Positions 16,358-20,000 of a stretch of DNA of 20,000 bases are shown in pieces. The notes under the pieces are model-generated. The model was not told the origin of the DNA, searched no databases, and worked only from the letters and a program-made list of their open reading frames with translations. How positions within the stretch are numbered: position 1 is the stretch's first letter; each line of letters opens with the position of its first letter. Position numbers and translations under genes: made by a program. The DNA is from Actinomycetota bacterium. GTDB lineage: Bacteria > Actinomycetota > Acidimicrobiia > Spongiisociales > UBA4744. Location: positions 49,326 through 69,325 of the forward strand of contig JAADGS010000074.1 of assembly GCA_013152275.1 (NCBI GenBank), given 5' to 3'.

Positions 16358-18069
16358 CACGTGAGCCCGACGAATGTCGCCGCGGCCTCCGCGATCCGGG
16401 TTGCGGCCTCCAGGGCATCCTGCTCGACGTCCATCACCGAGTCGTCTGGACCAAGATGTGCGCGGAGATCGACGTAGATCTTCAGTTTCGGCTCGGTTCC
16501 ACTCGGTCGAATCAGGACTCTGGCATCGCCGTCGAGGTCGAGAGCGACGAGGGGGGTCGCTCCCAGCCAGCGGGGTCTGCGGTCGGCTCCGACGCGGAAG
16601 TCTGTTGCTCGGAGCACTGTTCGGCCGTCGAGTTGATCGGGGACCCGCTCCTCGAGCAGCGCCATCGCCGCTTCGATGTCGGCGATGCCTTCCGCTCCCG
16701 GGCGTACGATGCTCTTCTGGGTGCTCACCCACAGGCCGTGATTGCGATACAGGCGTTCCAACCGGTCGAGCACCGTGATGCCTTCTGCATGACAGGCGGA
16801 TGCCAGGTCCGCGAACACGACGGCTGCGCTGATGCCGTCCTTGTCACGCACGGCGTGTCCCACCGAATAACCGAGTGCCTCTTCATACCCGAAGGCAAAG
16901 CGGCCGGTGCCCGCCGCTTCGAGGTCGAGAGCAGCATTCCAGATCCACTTGAAGCCGGTGAGTGTCTGATCGAAATAGGCACCGTGGCGCTGTGCAATCG
17001 AGGAGAGCATCGGTGAGGAGACGATGCTCTCGATCACGATCGGGCGATGATCCGGGTCCGACCAGTGCTCGAGTACGTAGTCGGCCAGCAGACAGCCGAT
17101 CTGGTTGCCGGTGAGCCCGCTCCAAGTCCCGATGGAGGGGAGGGCGACGGCGAGACGGTCGGCGTCCGGATCGTTGGAGAGGATGATGTCGGCGTCGGTG
17201 CGTTCCGCCAGGGCGATCGCGAGATCGAGTGCTCCGGGTTCCTCCGGGTTGGGGAAATGCGTCGTTGGGAAATGTCCGTCGGGTTCGACCTGTTCGGGGA
17301 CCGGGATCACACGCCGATAGCCGGCTCGATGCATCGCCTTTTCGAAGAAACGCCAGCCCACGCCGTGCATCGGCGTGTAGACAATCCGCAGGTCCTGTTC
17401 CGCTTGCGCGTTGCCACGAGCGTTTTCGAGATCCGTCAGGTAGCGGTCGAGGAGATCGTCGGGGATGCGCTTGACGCCGTCCGCATGGAACGGGTCGTCG
17501 TGACGGGGCACCTCGACGGCAGGCCCGACGCGGTCGATCGCCGCGGCGATCTCCGTGTCGGTCGGCGGCACGATCTGCACGGCGTTGGGTGCGTACACCT
17601 TGTAGCCGTTGTAGTCGGCCGGATTGTGACTCGCAGTGATGATGATCCCGGCCTGCGCGCCGAGCACGCGAGCTGCGTATGCGACGATCGGAGTCGCGAC
17701 TGGGGCGTCGAAATACTGGATGGGGATTCCGGCTGCCGCCAGAACGGCGATCGTGTCTTCGAGGAATTGTGGGCTGGAGAGTCGAGCGTCCCTGCCGACG
17801 ACGACCAGGCCCGGGTTGTTCGCGAGGACGTGGTCGGCGACGCCACGGGTTGCCCGGATGATGACGGCGCGATTCATCCGGTTGGAGCCGGCGCCGACGA
17901 TGCCCCGCAGTCCGGCCGTGCCGAATTGGAGAGTGCCCTGCATACGATCCGCGAGGTCGTCGAAGTCGCCGGAGTCGATCACGGCCTGAAGCTCTTTACG
18001 GGTCGCCGGATCAGGGTCACCGGCGATCCAAGCGGCGGCAGCGTCGAGGAGATCGTTGATGGTGGTCAT
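16357..18069 (-). CDS. Phospho-sugar mutase (phosphoglucomutase/phosphomannomutase family)
   Basis: FGTAGLRG, ITASHNP, DPDADR, GYEE, DKDG and RPSGTEPKLK. Start is ATG 18069 (TACGCT 6 nt upstream) or 18075. Confidence 0.92.
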   Translation of the reverse strand: MTTINDLLDAAAAWIAGDPDPATRKELQAVIDSGDFDDLADRMQGTLQFGTAGLRGIVGAGSNRMNRAVIIRATRGVADHVLANNPGLVVVGRDARLSSPQFLEDTIAVLAAAGIPIQYFDAPVATPIVAYAARVLGAQAGIIITASHNPADYNGYKVYAPNAVQIVPPTDTEIAAAIDRVGPAVEVPRHDDPFHADGVKRIPDDLLDRYLTDLENARGNAQAEQDLRIVYTPMHGVGWRFFEKAMHRAGYRRVIPVPEQVEPDGHFPTTHFPNPEEPGALDLAIALAERTDADIILSNDPDADRLAVALPSIGTWSGLTGNQIGCLLADYVLEHWSDPDHRPIVIESIVSSPMLSSIAQRHGAYFDQTLTGFKWIWNAALDLEAAGTGRFAFGYEEALGYSVGHAVRDKDGISAAVVFADLASACHAEGITVLDRLERLYRNHGLWVSTQKSIVRPGAEGIADIEAAMALLEERVPDQLDGRTVLRATDFRVGADRRPRWLGATPLVALDLDGDARVLIRPSGTEPKLKIYVDLRAHLGPDDSVMDVEQDALEAATRIAEAAATFVGLT

Positions 18070-18192
18070 GGCCATAGCGTACCTACCCGTTCTCGTGACG
18101 CTTGATGGGGATTATTCCTGTGAAACGTCACGAGAACGGGAAGTTTCCGTTTTCGGTCGGTCCGACTACCTTTACGGGTGCTTCCAAAGCAT

Positions 18193-18267
<75 letters not shown>

Positions 18268-18274
18268 CCGCCGG

Positions 18275-18298
18275 AATCCCCTGTGATCACAGGGGATT
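18275..18298. terminator. Perfect 24-bp palindrome between tRNA-Arg and convergent integrase
   Basis: AATCCCCTGTGA|TCACAGGGGATT. Confidence 0.7.
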
Positions 18299-18302
18299 TC
18301 GT

Positions 18303-19442
18303 CTATTCGGCTGTGAGCGCCACAACGTCTGGTCCGCATTTGGTCCGCATTTGGTCCGCGAGAGCCTGACTCCGCACCGCATCCAATGCTGTCGCCAAGG
18401 TCTCCAAATCGGACGGAAACAGGTGCCCGTATCGGTCCATCGTCACCGAGATCGACGAATGACCAAGGTGAACCTGGATGGCCTTCGGGTGCGCTCCCTG
18501 GGCGATGAGCAAAGATGCGCACGTGTGTCTCAAGTCGTGAATCCGGAGTCCATCGGGGAGACCCGCGCCAGCCACCGCCTTGTACCAGACCTGGCGACGG
18601 AAGTTGGAGTTGCGGAGTGGCTGTCCTTGCAGCGACGTGAAGACCAGCGCATCGGGATGCTCGTCCACCCGGTGGGCGAGGTGTTCAGCCAAGAGGTCAC
18701 GGAGGAAGCTGGGGACCACGACCATCCGCGTTCGGTACGTCTTTGTGGAGCCAAAGAAAATCTTGCCCCGGGCCTCTGACAAGGACTCGGCTACCTCGAT
18801 GCGTGATCTCAGTAGTTGGCACCGCTTGCGACGTAGCGCTGCCGCCTCACCCCATCGGAGTCCCCCGTAGGCCAGCAGATACACAAGCGTGGCATAGGGC
18901 TCCCGAATCTCGAGCGCAAGACGCTCAACTTCCTCGGCCGACAAGAAGAGCATCTCAGGATCGGCCTGGCGGGCGACTTTCACCCCAGTCACAGGGTTGG
19001 CGACCAGGTAGCCGGTTTCGACAGCCAGCTTGAGCATGCTGTTGAGCACCTGCCGAGCCTGTCGCATCCCAGAGTGGCCGAGACCGGAGGCCTGGAGATC
19101 GGCCACCCATTCCTCGACCGCCATACGGTCGACGTGACGCAGCTCGAAACCTCCGAAGGTGGGCAGCACATGAGCGCGCAAGTTGGACTCGTAGCCGACA
19201 AGAGTCTTCGGTTTGAGGTGGGCCTTGGTGCGGAGCCACCGGTCGGACCATTCGGCGACCGTCGTCTTGGAGAGTCGGGGGTCTGTCCACTCGCCTCTTA
19301 GTTTGTCGGCCTCCACGATGACCGAGAATCGATCGGCATCCGACTTTCGGAGAAAGCTCCGGGCTCGTTCTCGACCTGTTGGATCTCGGTAACGCACCTG
19401 CCACGGGTGGCGCCTCCCGGGTCGGTGTTGGATATGGGCCAC
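18303..19442 (-). CDS. int: Tyrosine recombinase / phage-type integrase
   Basis: N-terminal arm-binding-like WQVRYRDPTG, GLRWGE (R), HDLRHT (HxxR), LGHSS and TMDRY (catalytic Y). Confidence 0.95.
   Translation of the reverse strand: MAHIQHRPGRRHPWQVRYRDPTGRERARSFLRKSDADRFSVIVEADKLRGEWTDPRLSKTTVAEWSDRWLRTKAHLKPKTLVGYESNLRAHVLPTFGGFELRHVDRMAVEEWVADLQASGLGHSGMRQARQVLNSMLKLAVETGYLVANPVTGVKVARQADPEMLFLSAEEVERLALEIREPYATLVYLLAYGGLRWGEAAALRRKRCQLLRSRIEVAESLSEARGKIFFGSTKTYRTRMVVVPSFLRDLLAEHLAHRVDEHPDALVFTSLQGQPLRNSNFRRQVWYKAVAGAGLPDGLRIHDLRHTCASLLIAQGAHPKAIQVHLGHSSISVTMDRYGHLFPSDLETLATALDAVRSQALADQMRTKCGPDVVALTAE
18330..18360 (+). repeat. Three tandem 11-bp repeats, candidate integrase arm-type sites
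   Basis: TGGTCCGCATT TGGTCCGCATT TGGTCCGCG. Confidence 0.75.
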
Positions 19443-19536
19443 CTTTCGTACCTCTTTCCTCGTCCTTGTTAATCAAAGCGCATCTGTCATGGCCGCGTCG
19501 TGGTTAGGTGTGCTCGCAAATGGATGGCGCATTCCG

Positions 19537-19728
19537 TCAACGTACTCTTTCCAGGAGCTGGTTGTTGATCCACTCCTCGATGTCGCTCCAGCGGTAGCGA
19601 AGATGCTTGCCGGCGCGAAAGCCGAGGGGTCCTTCTCGGCGGTAGCGCCAGGCGTAGATCGTTGCGATGGGGACCTCGAGGTAGTCGGCGAGTTCTTGGG
19701 CTGAGAGCAGCGGATCGAGGTTGTTCAT
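19537..19728 (-). CDS. xis: Excisionase / AlpA-like helix-turn-helix protein
   Basis: 63 aa, LLSAQELADYLEVPIATIYAWRYRREGP.GFRAGKHLRYRWSDIEEW; directly upstream of int. Confidence 0.88.
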   Translation of the reverse strand: MNNLDPLLSAQELADYLEVPIATIYAWRYRREGPLGFRAGKHLRYRWSDIEEWINNQLLERVR

Positions 19729-19884
19729 GGCCCGAGTGTGCGGTGGGACCCTTTCATCTCGATGCCATTTGAGTGTCAACAGGCCTGTCATCCGGATGCT
19801 ATTTCGGCTATTTCCCCTGGTCAGCGGCCTTCTTGGAGATGTTCGCGGCCGGTGCACCCCGGGTTACTCCGTGGCTGTCGACGG

Positions 19885-20000
19885 TGTTTGTACCGGGGTG
19901 ATGTGTGACACCTTGTACTTGGATCTTATGTGACACTTCTTCGTCGTCGTGGGGGTTGTCGTCCTCGTTGTTTGGGTTGGTAGTACCGGTCGGGGTTGAT
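19885..20000 (-). mobile_element. Probable right end of an IS481-family insertion sequence with transposase C-terminus (stop 19928-19926)
   Basis: Terminal TGT followed by two 25-bp-period units TTGTAC..GG.T..T.TGTGACAC. The minus frame reads INPDRYYQPKQRGRQPPRRRRSVT*, similar to the xDPxRxYQP tail I recall from actinobacterial IS481 transposases. Confidence 0.55.

Larger units (their letters stand above)
18268..20000. mobile_element. End of a tRNA-Arg-targeted integrative element (extends beyond window)
   Basis: xis-int pair reading toward the 3' end of the tRNA. The second att site is not in the window. Confidence 0.8.

Noticed and set aside
18275..18298. TGTGA/TCACA as a CRP site
   Set aside because: The half-sites abut with no 6-bp spacer. 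Position fits a terminator better.

Overview
High-GC actinobacterial chromosome segment; the gene set suggests Acidimicrobiia (inference). It has two N gaps (1449-1586, 2232-2269). The left half holds a thiolase 3' end converging on the minus-strand cell-wall signalling cluster fhaA-fhaB-pstP-rodA-pbpA-pknB. That cluster is followed by mutY and two diverged crgA copies separated by a mutY-like 3' remnant. Three DnaA-box-like 9-mers sit at the convergence point. The middle holds tRNA-Leu(CAG), a membrane protein with an Ig-like C-terminus, serS, a UbiE-like methyltransferase, a GNAT, a long (Alu-domain, Bacillus-type) SRP RNA, all four tRNA-Ser isoacceptors, arcA, a GerMN/Gmad2 lipoprotein, tadA and a phospho-sugar mutase. 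The right end holds tRNA-Arg(ACG) with an integrative element (tyrosine integrase plus excisionase) and a probable IS481-type end. Many genes look leaderless. The window is mostly core genome, and I cannot claim a clearly new multi-gene system. The best leads are the crgA/mutY duplication, the large SRP RNA, the DnaA-box array and the integrative element.
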